A stretch of DNA of 64,000 nt from Thermoanaerobaculia bacterium (GCA_963664405.1 OY761158.1:4832001-4896000), one strand, 5' to 3'. Positions 46,737 to 57,534 are shown, numbered from the stretch's first letter. Notes: generated by a model not told the origin, from the letters alone. Numbers and translations: made by a program.

Positions 46737-49427
46737 GTGATCGGTACCACACTTGCCCATTACGAAGTCCTCGAAGAGATTGGCCGGGGCGGGATGGGTG
46801 TCGTGTACAAGGCCCGCGACACACACCTGGACCGCTTTGTTGCGATCAAGGTGTTGCCCGCAGAGGCTGTTGTCAATCCCGAGAGGAAGCGAAGATTCGT
46901 TCAGGAAGCGAAATCAGCCTCCGCCCTGAACCACGCCAACATCGTCACGATCCACGACATCGCGGAAGAGAACGGCGTCGACTTCATCGCAATGGAGTAC
47001 GTGCCGGGCAAGACGCTGGACGAGTTGATCCCGCGCAAGGGCATGCGACTGAATGATGTCCTGAAGTACTCGGTTCAGATTGCGGATGCGCTGGCGACGG
47101 CCCACGAGGCCGGCATTGTTCACCGGGACATGAAACCGGGCAACATCATGGTGACCGAGAAGGGCGAGGTGAAAGTTCTCGACTTCGGGCTGGCGAAGTT
47201 GACCGAGATGGAACCGGCGGGCGCAGAAGCGCCGACCCAGACAATCAAGGGACCCAGCAGCAGCCCACACACGGAGGAAGGAACAATCCTCGGGACGGTT
47301 TGCTACATGTCGCCGGAGCAGGCCGAAGGTAAGAGTGTGGACGGGCGTTCAGACATCTTTAGCTTTGGCGCGGTGCTCTACGAGATGGTTGCCGGACAAC
47401 GAGCCTTTGCGGGAGATTCCAGGATGTCCACGTTGGCAGCGGTCATGAACAGTGACCCCAGACCGTTGCAGGAAGTGGTGGATACAGTTCCTCTTGAGCT
47501 GGAGAGGATCGTCAGTCGCTGCCTGCGGAAACAGCTGGACCGTCGCTTTCAGCACATGGACGACATCAAGATAGAACTGGAGGAACTGAAGGAGGAGTCG
47601 GAATCGGGAAGGTTGGCGACCGCGCCTGGGACCGCTGGACCAAGATCGAGGCGTGTATCCCCCTGGCTGTTGGTCGGCACGGCTGCCACGGTAGTCGCTG
47701 TGGTGATGGCGGGCTGGTTCTGGCAGCGCCGGGAGAGAGCCGTGGCGCCAGAAGCCGCGCTGAGCGCCCTTCCCATCACCAGCTACTCTGGCCAGGAAGA
47801 AGGGCCGACCTTCTCCCCAGACGGTCGCCAGGTGGCGTTCAGCTGGAACGGGGCCGACGGGAACAACTTTGACATCTATGTCAAGAGGGTCGAATCCGGC
47901 CAGCCGCTTCGCCTGACGAAAGATCCAGCAATGGATACCGACCCGGCCTGGTCGCCGGACGGCAGCTTCATCGCCTTCCGACGTATTCTGAGCTCAGGGA
48001 AGGTAGCGGTGTTGTTGGTACCCCCGTTGGGCGGGCCTGCGCGCACCGCGGGGGAGATCCTGAGTCCTAGTTTCTCCACAGGTCTCGCATGGCATCCTGA
48101 CGGTGAGCATCTTTGTGTCGTTGCCAGGGAGTCGCGTGGGGAGCGTTACGGCCTGTTCTTGCTGTCAACGGGCAGCGGCGAGATGCGAAGGCTCACTTCT
48201 CCCTCTCTGGAGTGGGACCGTGGCGAAGAGGGTCCTTCTTTTTCACCCGACGGTCGCACAATTGTCTTCACACGTCACGCCGGAAGGTTCAACGCCGAGT
48301 TGTTTCGGCTGGCTCTTTCAGAGGATCTTACGCCGGTCGGAGAACCAGAGCGACTGACATTCGAGAGCCTCACGATCAGCGACCCCACATGGACTCCGGA
48401 CGGGAGCGAGATCATGTTCTCGATGGGGGCGAACACAACGCCCAGCCTCTATAGAATGCGCCCCTCCCCCTCCGACAGGCCGAGCCGATTGCCATTAGTG
48501 GGAGAGGGAGGCGTGCATCCGGCGATCTCCGCCCCGGCACGTCGCCTGGCTTACACGCGGGTCGAATTCGACGCGGACATCTGGCGCATAGAAATCGGCG
48601 GTCCCGACGGCAAGACCGCACGTTCGGAAAGTCTGATCCACTCCAGCCGCTGGGACTCTTCGCCGCGATACTCGCCGGATGGGCAGAGAATCGCCTTCCG
48701 ATCAGACCGCTCCGGAAATGCAGAGATCTGGGTTTGTGACAGCGATGGGGCGAACGCGGTGCAAGTGACCTCCTTCGGTGGGCCGCATGCAGGAGGTCCG
48801 AACTGGTCTCCGGACGGCAAGTGGATTGTCTTTGTAGGACGGCCCGAAGGGCAGCAGGACCTTTACGTCATTAGTTCGGAGGGTGGAAGGCCACGACGCT
48901 TGACGTCGAGCTACGCCCTCGACGCCAACCCAGATTGGTCGCATGACGGCCAATGGATCTATTTCCGGTCCAACCGGACTGGCACCAACCAAGTGTGGAA
49001 GATCCCGGCCGAAGGCGGAGAAGCTGTGCGCGTGACGCACGAGACGGCGAGCCAACGGATCGGGACTTTGCTGCTGGAGTCGCCGGACGGCCGTTTCGTT
49101 TATTACGCGAGGATCGGGGAGCGAGGACTATCGGTTTGGCGCGTTCCAGTGAGCGGGGGAGAGGAGAGCCAGATCTTGGATTCGATCAGCTCGCGGAGCC
49201 ACTTTTTCCCGTCAGATCGAGGCGTCTATTATGTTGCGCCGGCCGATCCGGAAGATGGCTTCCCTGTGAGGTTTCTTGATCTCGCCAGCGGGAAGATCCG
49301 CGAGATCACCACACTGCCGAACAACCCGGGCTGGGCCATCTCCCCTTCGCCGGATGGCAAGTTTCTGCTGTATACGCGGACCGAGCAGGCGGGCTCAGAC
49401 CTGATGCTGGTGGAGAACTTCCAGTAG
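46737..49427 (+). CDS. Ser/Thr protein kinase with TM and TolB-like PD40 beta-propeller
   Basis: GRGGMGVVY, HRDMKPGN, DFG, YMSPEQ; repeated WSPDG. Confidence 0.95.
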   Translation: MIGTTLAHYEVLEEIGRGGMGVVYKARDTHLDRFVAIKVLPAEAVVNPERKRRFVQEAKSASALNHANIVTIHDIAEENGVDFIAMEYVPGKTLDELIPRKGMRLNDVLKYSVQIADALATAHEAGIVHRDMKPGNIMVTEKGEVKVLDFGLAKLTEMEPAGAEAPTQTIKGPSSSPHTEEGTILGTVCYMSPEQAEGKSVDGRSDIFSFGAVLYEMVAGQRAFAGDSRMSTLAAVMNSDPRPLQEVVDTVPLELERIVSRCLRKQLDRRFQHMDDIKIELEELKEESESGRLATAPGTAGPRSRRVSPWLLVGTAATVVAVVMAGWFWQRRERAVAPEAALSALPITSYSGQEEGPTFSPDGRQVAFSWNGADGNNFDIYVKRVESGQPLRLTKDPAMDTDPAWSPDGSFIAFRRILSSGKVAVLLVPPLGGPARTAGEILSPSFSTGLAWHPDGEHLCVVARESRGERYGLFLLSTGSGEMRRLTSPSLEWDRGEEGPSFSPDGRTIVFTRHAGRFNAELFRLALSEDLTPVGEPERLTFESLTISDPTWTPDGSEIMFSMGANTTPSLYRMRPSPSDRPSRLPLVGEGGVHPAISAPARRLAYTRVEFDADIWRIEIGGPDGKTARSESLIHSSRWDSSPRYSPDGQRIAFRSDRSGNAEIWVCDSDGANAVQVTSFGGPHAGGPNWSPDGKWIVFVGRPEGQQDLYVISSEGGRPRRLTSSYALDANPDWSHDGQWIYFRSNRTGTNQVWKIPAEGGEAVRVTHETASQRIGTLLLESPDGRFVYYARIGERGLSVWRVPVSGGEESQILDSISSRSHFFPSDRGVYYVAPADPEDGFPVRFLDLASGKIREITTLPNNPGWAISPSPDGKFLLYTRTEQAGSDLMLVENFQ

Positions 49428-49499
49428 GCGGAAGCTCGAGCTGCGGGACTCTTCCCCGTGTGTGCGTCGATGACGTAGCATGGGCACAGGGAGAAACAC

Positions 49500-50300
49500 G
49501 TGGGGAATCGCTTAGAAAACAAGGTCGCGGTGATCACCGGCGGCACCAGCGGCATAGGTGCTGCGACGGCGGAATTGTTCGTCGCCGAAGGCGCCAAGGT
49601 GGTTTTCAACGGACGCTCCGAAAAAAAAGGTGCGGCGCTGGCCGACCGACTGGGGGAGAGCGCCGTCTTCATCACCGGTGATGTAACGCGGGAGTCCGAC
49701 ATCAAAGCCGTCATCGAGAAGGCTGTCGACCGATTTGGGCGGCTCGACGTGCTGTTCAACAACGCCGGCGCGGGTTCTGCGGTGACCCTGGAAACCATCA
49801 CCCCTGGGCAGATCGACGAATCGGTGCATCTGTTACTGACCAGCACGATGCTTGGCGTCAAACATGCCATTGCCCCCATGAAAGCGGCCGGAGGCGGCGC
49901 CATCATCAACAACTCGAGCATCGCGGCCATCCGTCATAACCAGGGCAGCTTTCTCTATTCCGCCATCAAGGCAGCCGTGACCCACTACACGAAGATGGCC
50001 GGTGTTGCGCTGGGAGAGCACAGAATCCGGGTAAACGCCATCTCGCCCGGCGCCATCGCCACGCCGATATTCTGGGGAGGATCCGCGCGGGACAACACGA
50101 TGACGGCGGAGCACAGCGCCAAGAGCATGGCCAAGCTTCAGCGCGGCCTGGCCAAAGCCACCCCGATTCCGGATTCGGGCCTGGCGTCAGACATTGCCGA
50201 AGCTGCCTTGTATCTCGCCAGCGACGCGGGCCGCTTCGTCAACTGCCACGACCTGGTGGTCGACGGCGGCCGCACTTCTCTGTTCCGCGAAGGCGCCTGA
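49500..50300 (+). CDS. SDR family oxidoreductase
   Basis: TGGTSGIG, NNAG, YSAIK. Confidence 0.92.
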   Translation: MGNRLENKVAVITGGTSGIGAATAELFVAEGAKVVFNGRSEKKGAALADRLGESAVFITGDVTRESDIKAVIEKAVDRFGRLDVLFNNAGAGSAVTLETITPGQIDESVHLLLTSTMLGVKHAIAPMKAAGGGAIINNSSIAAIRHNQGSFLYSAIKAAVTHYTKMAGVALGEHRIRVNAISPGAIATPIFWGGSARDNTMTAEHSAKSMAKLQRGLAKATPIPDSGLASDIAEAALYLASDAGRFVNCHDLVVDGGRTSLFREGA

Positions 50301-50318
50301 CACGATCGCGCGCAGCAC

Positions 50319-50966
50319 ATGAAGAGAACGTATCGCTTGTATGGGCAGGCCGGGAGCGGGTCGATGATTGTGGAGGCTGCGATTGCGCTCTGCGATGCCG
50401 AGGTCGAGATCATCGACGTTGAATGGGATGACCTGGGCTGGTCGAGCGCGGCCCTTGGCGAGCTCAATCCGCTAGGACAACTGCCGACACTCGTTCTTCC
50501 GGATGGTTCGGTCATGACCGAGAGCGCGGCGATGCTCATGCACCTCCACGACGCTTACCCGCAGGCACAACTGATCCCGACTGCCTCCGACCCCGAGCGG
50601 AATACTTTCTTGCGCTGGTTCGTGTTCCTCGTTGCGGCCGTGTATCCGACCTTTACCTATGGCGACGTGCCGAAGCGTTGGGTTGGCGGCGATGCAGAGG
50701 CCGGCGCGAGGCTCGAGGCCGGTACCGATGACCATCGGAAGGATCTCGATGCCCAGCTCGAAGAGGCCGCGGCGGGCCCGTGGTTTCTCGGCGACAGGTT
50801 TTGCGCGATCGATCTCTACCTGTGGGTGATGCGCTGGTGGCGCCCAGGCCCCGAGTGGTTTGCCGAGCACTGCCCCAAGCTCTCGGCCATTGGAGAGCGG
50901 GCGCTCACTCTGCCGGCCGTTACCTCTGTGCAAGGCCGAAACTTCCCCGACGGCGATACAGAGTGA
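50319..50966 (+). CDS. Glutathione S-transferase
   Basis: NPLGQLPTL, TESAAM, WFLGDRF.A.D.Y. Confidence 0.9.
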   Translation: MKRTYRLYGQAGSGSMIVEAAIALCDAEVEIIDVEWDDLGWSSAALGELNPLGQLPTLVLPDGSVMTESAAMLMHLHDAYPQAQLIPTASDPERNTFLRWFVFLVAAVYPTFTYGDVPKRWVGGDAEAGARLEAGTDDHRKDLDAQLEEAAAGPWFLGDRFCAIDLYLWVMRWWRPGPEWFAEHCPKLSAIGERALTLPAVTSVQGRNFPDGDTE

Positions 50967-50972
50967 TTCCGT

Positions 50973-52232
50973 TTATGGAACGGTCCAGTCTTTCATCAGG
51001 GGATGACGGGCCGGATCATAAAGCCAGGTGTCTGTGTTGGGCGCGGCGTTATAGGTGCTTGGACCCCGACCTTTCTGAAAGAAGAACTCGTCGGCGTAAT
51101 CGTAGATGGCGTTGAACTCTTCAGGACCCTGGTCGTGGCCTTCTTGCCCGTACCGGTTCTGTGCGTCGCGCCAGTGAAGACGGCACCATTCTTCGGCATC
51201 CATCCATCCGTAGATGAGCATTCCGGCGCGGATGCCAACCTCGTGGGCCAGGCCGTTGTTGATGCCGTCGCCGATGGAATTGAAGTTCAACAGCGGGCGA
51301 GGCGCGACCAGGGCTACCAGCGTCGGCGCGTCCCAGGGGAGCTTATTCTGCCGCTCTGCAAACCGGTAGTAACGTGGGTGATACCAATGCGGTTGCTTCT
51401 CTAGGAAATTCGCCGAATAGTCCATCGTGCCGCGAAACCCCTCGGGATCGCGCTGACGTGTGGAGCCCAACGTAAACGGGCCGCCCGTCGAAGGGGCCAT
51501 GATCGCAATTCGTTCATCGAAGATCCCGCCAGCCATCGCGGCCTGACCGCCCCGGGAATGGCCCGTCACGATGATCTTGTCCATGTCGACAACACCTATT
51601 TTGTCGAGCACGTCTATGACCGGCTGATAAGCCCAAGCCCAGGCGGCGATGGTGTAGAAGTCGTATTCGGGATAGAGACGGAAGATCCCGGCATGGCGGT
51701 CGGCGTTTGATCCGTCGTCCGGCGCAACCTCTGTCCGTTGGTATTCCACCAGCATGTATCCTCGCCGCACCCCCTCTTCCATGCTGTAGGTCGGCGAAGG
51801 ATGGCCATGTTCCGGGGCGTTGTTGATCAGAGTCGGGTACCGTTTCTCCTCTCCCGGGCGCCACAAGGTAAAGCTGAAGGACTGGGTCAGTGATCTCCTG
51901 GATATGGTTACGAGGTACCCCTGCTTGCGCCCCTGAATGGCGGAGTCGGGCGGGGTATAGCTCTCGTCGAGTGTCTGAGTGAAGGAGAGCTCTTCCCCGG
52001 TCGGTCGGGGAGGTACTCGGCCATACAGGTAATGCTCCAGCATGGCGCGCAGGTAAGCCCGATGCTGCGACCACTGACTCAGATCGGCAACCCGAGTGCC
52101 ATCCAGTTTCTCGAACGGATCGGGCAGACTCGGATTGTCGGGTAGCTCGGCCAGCGACGGAAAGTCATAGCTCTGGGCCGCCGCCGTCGCGGCAAGAATG
52201 CTTGCCGCGAGGAGAAACGAGAGTTTCTTCAT
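50973..52232 (-). CDS. Secreted alpha/beta hydrolase, glucuronoyl esterase (CE15)-like
   Basis: LPDPF, AWAW, GHSRGG, FDERI, LVAPRP. Confidence 0.8.
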   Translation of the reverse strand: MKKLSFLLAASILAATAAAQSYDFPSLAELPDNPSLPDPFEKLDGTRVADLSQWSQHRAYLRAMLEHYLYGRVPPRPTGEELSFTQTLDESYTPPDSAIQGRKQGYLVTISRRSLTQSFSFTLWRPGEEKRYPTLINNAPEHGHPSPTYSMEEGVRRGYMLVEYQRTEVAPDDGSNADRHAGIFRLYPEYDFYTIAAWAWAYQPVIDVLDKIGVVDMDKIIVTGHSRGGQAAMAGGIFDERIAIMAPSTGGPFTLGSTRQRDPEGFRGTMDYSANFLEKQPHWYHPRYYRFAERQNKLPWDAPTLVALVAPRPLLNFNSIGDGINNGLAHEVGIRAGMLIYGWMDAEEWCRLHWRDAQNRYGQEGHDQGPEEFNAIYDYADEFFFQKGRGPSTYNAAPNTDTWLYDPARHPLMKDWTVP

Positions 52233-52313
52233 AATGTAGAAAGAACATCCTACTGCAGCCCCGGCGACGGAATTCGGATCTCGCCGTGGCGGCGCTGGTC
52301 GTGAGCCGGACCA

Positions 52314-52348
52314 TAATTGAGTATAATGGGCATCAAATTGCTCAATTA
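52314..52348. promoter_or_regulatory. Inverted repeat overlapping a TATAAT box upstream of fic
   Basis: TAATTGAG...CTCAATTA flanking tataat. Confidence 0.5.
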
Positions 52349-52376
52349 AACCGATCCACTACGCGATTTCTCCGAG

Positions 52377-53432
52377 ATGACAGGCTCACTTGCCCCTCAG
52401 CTCCTCGACTCACTCCAGTTCTCGGCACAGCAGCTGTCGACTCTCCGCCAGCTCGGCGAGTATCGAGGGAAGCAGGCGCTATTCGACCGGCAGAGGCCTG
52501 AAGTTCTCGAGAGCTTGAGAACAGTGGCGATCGTCGAGTCGAGCGAGTCTTCCAATCGACTCGAGGGCATCACTGTCCCTCGCGAGCGGCTCAAGAAGAT
52601 CGTCCTGCAAAGCACTCGTCCCACCGATCGCTCCGAACAGGAGATCGCGGGCTATCGCGACGCACTCAGCCTAATCCACGAGTCGTGGCAGGACATGCCC
52701 GTGTCCATCAACGTCCTCCTGCAGCTCCACTCGATGCTCTACCGCTACCAGGCCGCGGAGGGTGGCCGGTGGAAGATGGTGGACAACCAGATCGTCGAGC
52801 GCTCACCGGGTGGCGAGATCACTCGAGTTCGGTTCAAGACCGTAGGCGCGGCGCAGACGCCGCAAGCGACAGAAGAAGTTTTCGGCCACTACCGGCTTTC
52901 CGCGGATCAAGGCCGTTACGAGCCCCTGGTTCTGGTGCCCCTCCTCGTTTTGGACTTTCTGTGCATCCACCCGTTTACCGACGGCAATGGGCGGGTCGCT
53001 CGTCTGCTCACCGTATTGCTGCTCTACCAACACGGGTACCAGGTGGGTCGATTCATCAGTCTCGAGAGACTGTTCGAAGACTCGCGGGAGAGTTACTACG
53101 AGACTCTAGAAGCGAGCTCGGCGGGATGGCACGAAACGAAGCACGACGTGAACCCGTGGATGAACTACTTCTGGGGCGTTCTGCTCCGTGCCTACCGGGA
53201 GTTCGAAGAGCGCGTGGGCGAGGTCGGCGGGGGGAAAGGTGCGAAGGGGGAGCAGGTTCGCGCAGCCATCGCCAGAAGAGTCGTTCCCTTTCAGATCTCC
53301 GACCTGGAGCGCGACTGCCCCGGGGTCAGCCGAGAGATGATTCGTGTCGTTCTGGGCCAGTTGCGAGAGGAGGGGGCCGTCGCTCTCGAAGGTCGAGGCC
53401 GCGGCGCAAGGTGGCGCCCTCGGGCTCCTTGA
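52377..53432 (+). CDS. Fic family protein with C-terminal wHTH
   Basis: SNRLEG, HPFTDGNGRVAR, GRGRGARW. Confidence 0.92.
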   Translation: MTGSLAPQLLDSLQFSAQQLSTLRQLGEYRGKQALFDRQRPEVLESLRTVAIVESSESSNRLEGITVPRERLKKIVLQSTRPTDRSEQEIAGYRDALSLIHESWQDMPVSINVLLQLHSMLYRYQAAEGGRWKMVDNQIVERSPGGEITRVRFKTVGAAQTPQATEEVFGHYRLSADQGRYEPLVLVPLLVLDFLCIHPFTDGNGRVARLLTVLLLYQHGYQVGRFISLERLFEDSRESYYETLEASSAGWHETKHDVNPWMNYFWGVLLRAYREFEERVGEVGGGKGAKGEQVRAAIARRVVPFQISDLERDCPGVSREMIRVVLGQLREEGAVALEGRGRGARWRPRAP

Positions 53433-53556
53433 AGTCGGGCCCCCAGTCGGACTTTTCCCCTCTGCTAAGGCTAGAATGAGAGCCGTTCACTTTGTTTCTG
53501 AACAGCGCCCTGCGTCCGCTCGGACGCGACCAGAGAAGAGGATGGAGGTGTTCGAG

Positions 53557-54084
53557 ATGTCTTCTGGCTTTAGAATCTTGGCCTTGGCTTTTTCAATCTT
53601 GGCAGCGGGCGGCGCGCCTTCGCTCCTCGCAGCCGGTGCCGAAGTGGACTACGACGACTCGGTAGATTTTTCTGCCTACCGCACTTTTCGCTGGTTCGGA
53701 GACGGACGAGGAAACCGGCCGGACCGTAGCCGCGGGAAGATGTCGCCGCTGGTCGAGAAGGACATCCAGCAGGCCGTGGAGTCTGAGCTGCAGGCCAAGG
53801 GCCTGGAGCTAGTTGACTCGGGTCAGCCCGATCTGGGGGTCGTCTTCAGCACCGGCAGCCGCCGAGAAGCCGTGAACTACGGTTGGGGACCCAGGTATCG
53901 GGGGCCCCGCAAAGTCACGGTCTATCGGGAGGGTGAGTTGACGATCGATCTGATCGACGGGGACAAACGTGAGCTTGTGTGGCGAGGCTCGGTCTCCGCC
54001 ACTTTGAAGGAGAAACCAGAGAAACTGAAGAAGCAGATCGACAAGTCGGTTGCCAAGGTCTTCAAGAACTATCCGCCTCCATAG
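53557..54084 (+). CDS. DUF4136 domain protein
   Basis: DYD..VDFSAYRTF, EG.L.IDLID.....VWRG. Confidence 0.85.
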   Translation: MSSGFRILALAFSILAAGGAPSLLAAGAEVDYDDSVDFSAYRTFRWFGDGRGNRPDRSRGKMSPLVEKDIQQAVESELQAKGLELVDSGQPDLGVVFSTGSRREAVNYGWGPRYRGPRKVTVYREGELTIDLIDGDKRELVWRGSVSATLKEKPEKLKKQIDKSVAKVFKNYPPP

Positions 54085-54085
54085 A

Positions 54086-55102
54086 ATGAAGCTAGACAGC
54101 GTCGCAACCAGCGATCTTGCACAGATGCCGGCTCGAGCGCGCGCCTTGGAGGAGGCGGGCTACGACGGTTTGCTGACGGAGGAGAGCGGGCACGACCCTT
54201 TCTTGCCCCTGGTCCTCGCTGCCGAGCACACCGAGCGCATCGAGATCGGTACGGCGATTGCTGTCGCCTTCGCTCGCAACCCGATGTTGCTCGCCAACCT
54301 CGGACACGACCTCAACGCCTACGCGAAGGGCCGCATGGTTCTGGGGCTCGGCTCCCAGATCCGTCCGCACATCACCAAGCGCTTTTCGATGCCCTGGTCG
54401 AAGCCCGCAGCACGCATGCGGGAGATGATCCTCGCCACCCGCGCCATCTGGGATTGCTGGTATGGAGGCAAGCGCCTCGAATTTCGCGGCGAGTTCTACA
54501 GCCACACACTGATGACGCCTTTCTTCACTCCGACCAACACCGAGCACGGGCCACCGAAGGTCTTCTTGGCAGCCGTGGGGCCGTTGATGACCGAGGTGGC
54601 CGGCGAGGTGGCGGACGGCATCATCTGTCACGCCCTGACGAGCGAGAAGTTCGTACGAGAGGTCACCCTGCCGGCGGTCGAGCGCGGTCTCGCCAAGGCG
54701 GGCAAGCGGCGTGAGGATTTCGAGCTCATGTGCCCGGTCTTCATCGTCACCGGCGAGACCGAGGAGGAGATGGCGAGATCGCGCCAACAGGTCAAGCAGC
54801 AGATCGCTTTTTACGGCTCGACACCGGCCTACAGGCCGGTTCTCGATACCCATGGCTGGGGGGAGCTGCAGGGAGAGCTCAACGCCATGTCGAAGCGCGG
54901 ACTGTGGGTCGAGATGGGAGAGCTCATCGGCCCGGACGTGCTCGACGCCTTCACTGTGCAGGCAGAATCTCCGCAGGACATCGCTGCCGGTTTCGTCGGT
55001 CGCTTCGGTGACCTCATCGATCGCACCGCCGGCGCCTACATGCATCTGTCTCCGGAGCGCGAGCGGCAGCTCATCGATGCGTTTCGGAGCCTTTCCAAAT
55101 AG
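54086..55102 (+). CDS. LLM class F420-dependent oxidoreductase (TIGR03617-like)
   Basis: HDPFLPL, IAVAFARNP, LGLGSQIRPHI, FYGSTPAY. Confidence 0.9.
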   Translation: MKLDSVATSDLAQMPARARALEEAGYDGLLTEESGHDPFLPLVLAAEHTERIEIGTAIAVAFARNPMLLANLGHDLNAYAKGRMVLGLGSQIRPHITKRFSMPWSKPAARMREMILATRAIWDCWYGGKRLEFRGEFYSHTLMTPFFTPTNTEHGPPKVFLAAVGPLMTEVAGEVADGIICHALTSEKFVREVTLPAVERGLAKAGKRREDFELMCPVFIVTGETEEEMARSRQQVKQQIAFYGSTPAYRPVLDTHGWGELQGELNAMSKRGLWVEMGELIGPDVLDAFTVQAESPQDIAAGFVGRFGDLIDRTAGAYMHLSPERERQLIDAFRSLSK

Positions 55103-55113
55103 GATGTGACGCT

Positions 55114-55971
55114 ATGAAATTCGAGACCATTCTCTGTGATGTGAAAGACGAGATCCTGACGATCACGTTGAATCGACCGGACCGGTTGAACGCGTGGAAC
55201 CACCAGATGCTCTACGATCTGATCGCCGCTTTCGATCATGCCGACGAGAACGACGAGGTCGGCGCCGTCGTCCTGACCGGCGCCGGTCGCGGCTTCTGTG
55301 CCGGTGCCGATCTCGCCGGCGGTGGGGGAAAGACCTTCAGCGGCACCGGGAATCAGGTGCACCTGGATGAGCTCGGTGACAGTGGCGGCGCGATGTCACG
55401 GCGGATCTTTCAGTCGCTGAAGCCCGTCATCGTCGCCTTCAATGGCCCCGCGGTGGGCGTCGGGCTCACCATGACCCTCGCCGCCGATATTCGCATCGCC
55501 GCACCGAACATCAAGATGGGGTTCGTGTTCGCGGCGCGAGGTATTATCCCCGAAGGATGCTCTTCGTATTTCCTGCCGCGGCTGGTCGGGATCAGCAAGG
55601 CACTGGAGTGGTGCATGTCGGCGCGCGTCTTTCGTTCGGAGGAAGCCCTCGAGGCGGGGCTCGTGCGAAGTATCCACGATCCCGAGGACTTGTTGCCCGC
55701 CGCCTACGAGCTCGCGCACGAGTTCACGGCGAGCTCGCGAGTCTCGAACGCCGTCTTGCGTCAGATGTTCTGGCGCATGCTCGGCGCTGACGATCCGATC
55801 GTCGCGCACAGACTGGACACCGAGGGCATGATCCAAATCGGCAAGTCTGCCGATGCGACCGAGGGCACTACTTCTTTTCTCGAGAAGCGTCCCGCGAAGT
55901 TTCCGGGCAAAGTCAGTGAGGATCTCCCTGAGTTCTTCCCCTGGTGGGAGGAGCCCAAGTTCCGGGAGTAG
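55114..55971 (+). CDS. Enoyl-CoA hydratase/crotonase family
   Basis: LNRPDRLNA, FCAGADL, NGPAVGVG, SFLEKRP. Confidence 0.93.
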   Translation: MKFETILCDVKDEILTITLNRPDRLNAWNHQMLYDLIAAFDHADENDEVGAVVLTGAGRGFCAGADLAGGGGKTFSGTGNQVHLDELGDSGGAMSRRIFQSLKPVIVAFNGPAVGVGLTMTLAADIRIAAPNIKMGFVFAARGIIPEGCSSYFLPRLVGISKALEWCMSARVFRSEEALEAGLVRSIHDPEDLLPAAYELAHEFTASSRVSNAVLRQMFWRMLGADDPIVAHRLDTEGMIQIGKSADATEGTTSFLEKRPAKFPGKVSEDLPEFFPWWEEPKFRE

Positions 55972-55992
55972 CGAGGGGCTGTAGAGTCGGGA

Positions 55993-57102
55993 CTACACGA
56001 GATCGCTGTCCCCGATCATCAGGTGGAGGTGGGCGTTTTTTAGCCCGACGAAGGCCAGATCCTCGGCCGGCAGATCAACGGGCCGATAGAGAAAGCCACT
56101 CTTTCTGCGGGAGCTAGAGAAGCCCGCCCGAAGCAGAGAAGAGCGGTAGGGATGTCGCCGAGGCAGCCAGCAGGATATTGCGGCCGCACCGCCGGCTCGA
56201 GCCTCGGCGACGGCGGCAGTCAACAAGGCCCTCGCGACGTCACGGCGTCCGGGTAAGACGAGTAGATCCGCGATGTCCCATTTCGAGTCAGAGATGCGGA
56301 CCACCGAGTAGCCCAGGAGCTCTCCTTGCCGCTCGCAGACAGTGACTCCGAAGTGGCCGGCGCGGGGGTCGCAGTAGCGCCAATTGAGATACTCCCTGCT
56401 CTTTTCGACGATGAGATCGAATCCGCCCGCGACGCCCCGGAAGAAGTCGTCCACATGCTCCCCAAAGCGATCGATGTGAGTCAGAGCTCCTGGAGGCTTG
56501 GCGCTCCGGAGCCCGACAGATGCAACCAGGCCTTGCAGTGAAGCCAAGGCGGTCAGCAGCTCGAGGACCGGCAATCTGGAATCCTCGGGTTTGTGGTCCC
56601 GCTTCTGTGCGAAGTCTGCCGGATTGAGGATCCTCACCATGGTTCTGATCGCATTGGCGGGGAGCTGTGCGCCGGTGCGCCGGTTGACTCTCCGCATTGC
56701 CGGATGGACTCCGAGCTCGTCCAAGGCCAGGTCATGGGGTGGACGGTGGGGACCACTGATGTATGCCAACGCCTGCGTGTACACGCCCCGGCCCCGCTCC
56801 GACGGATGGACGGCGGCATCCGGGAAATGGAGCGCGAGAAGCGGCCGACCTCCGACCTGGATGCGACAAGAGCGGATGGTGCTTGCGTGGACCAGGCGGC
56901 CGTCGCGTCGCCCGACGAGAAAGGAGAGCTCTGAGGTAGGGCTCTCCGCTTTCCAGCGGAGCTGATCGACCAGCGGACACTCGGGGTCGCGGGCCGGCCA
57001 TTGCCCGAAGGCGGTGATGTAAAGATCGAGGATCTCGCGAAGGAGCGGGTCCGACGCCTCCGAGGTGTCGACAAACTTGAACTCTACGGCGGAGGCACCC
57101 AA
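55993..57102 (-). CDS. GNAT-fold protein, paralogue of 23972-25099
   Basis: AVHPSERGRG, YLNWRYCDPR, CWLP..HPY, GDSDLV. Confidence 0.8.
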   Translation of the reverse strand: MGASAVEFKFVDTSEASDPLLREILDLYITAFGQWPARDPECPLVDQLRWKAESPTSELSFLVGRRDGRLVHASTIRSCRIQVGGRPLLALHFPDAAVHPSERGRGVYTQALAYISGPHRPPHDLALDELGVHPAMRRVNRRTGAQLPANAIRTMVRILNPADFAQKRDHKPEDSRLPVLELLTALASLQGLVASVGLRSAKPPGALTHIDRFGEHVDDFFRGVAGGFDLIVEKSREYLNWRYCDPRAGHFGVTVCERQGELLGYSVVRISDSKWDIADLLVLPGRRDVARALLTAAVAEARAGGAAAISCWLPRRHPYRSSLLRAGFSSSRRKSGFLYRPVDLPAEDLAFVGLKNAHLHLMIGDSDLV

Positions 57103-57114
57103 CTACGTCAAACC

Positions 57115-57501
57115 TCAGAGAAGGCTCACCTCTTCTGTGGCCTTGGTCACCACCAGAATGCGCTGATTGTTCTCCTCTCCGTCGGCGGGAAACAGGAAGA
57201 ACGCCAGCCGGTCGGCCGAGTAGCCGTTGGTGTAGCCGACCACAGTCTCGCCGTCTCTGAACCGCACCCGGATCTTCCTGCCGAGACCCGGCCGCTCCAC
57301 GTCGTGGCGAGGCTGGTATCCGGAGTCGCCGGCGAAGTCCTTTACGTAGTACACCGCCTTGAGCTCTTCGAGGCCCACCTCGGTAGGACTGTCAGAGTCA
57401 TCTTCCTGGAGATGAAAGATCGGCTTGTTCGGGAAGAGGTCACCGCTGAACCCCTTGCCGATGCGCCCGTTCGCGTAGTGGACCACGATTCTGGCTCTCA
57501 C
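57115..57501 (-). CDS. Conserved hypothetical protein (DUF6982-like)
   Basis: LKAVYYVKDFAG, GRKIRVRFRDGE..G. Confidence 0.7.
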   Translation of the reverse strand: MRARIVVHYANGRIGKGFSGDLFPNKPIFHLQEDDSDSPTEVGLEELKAVYYVKDFAGDSGYQPRHDVERPGLGRKIRVRFRDGETVVGYTNGYSADRLAFFLFPADGEENNQRILVVTKATEEVSLL

Positions 57502-57534
57502 GACGACAGCGTATCGCAGGCTGCCAAGGTCCTC

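Noticed and set aside
47800-49400. Repeated tcgccggacggc-like motifs
   Set aside because: Explained by PD40/WSPDG protein repeats of the kinase propeller.
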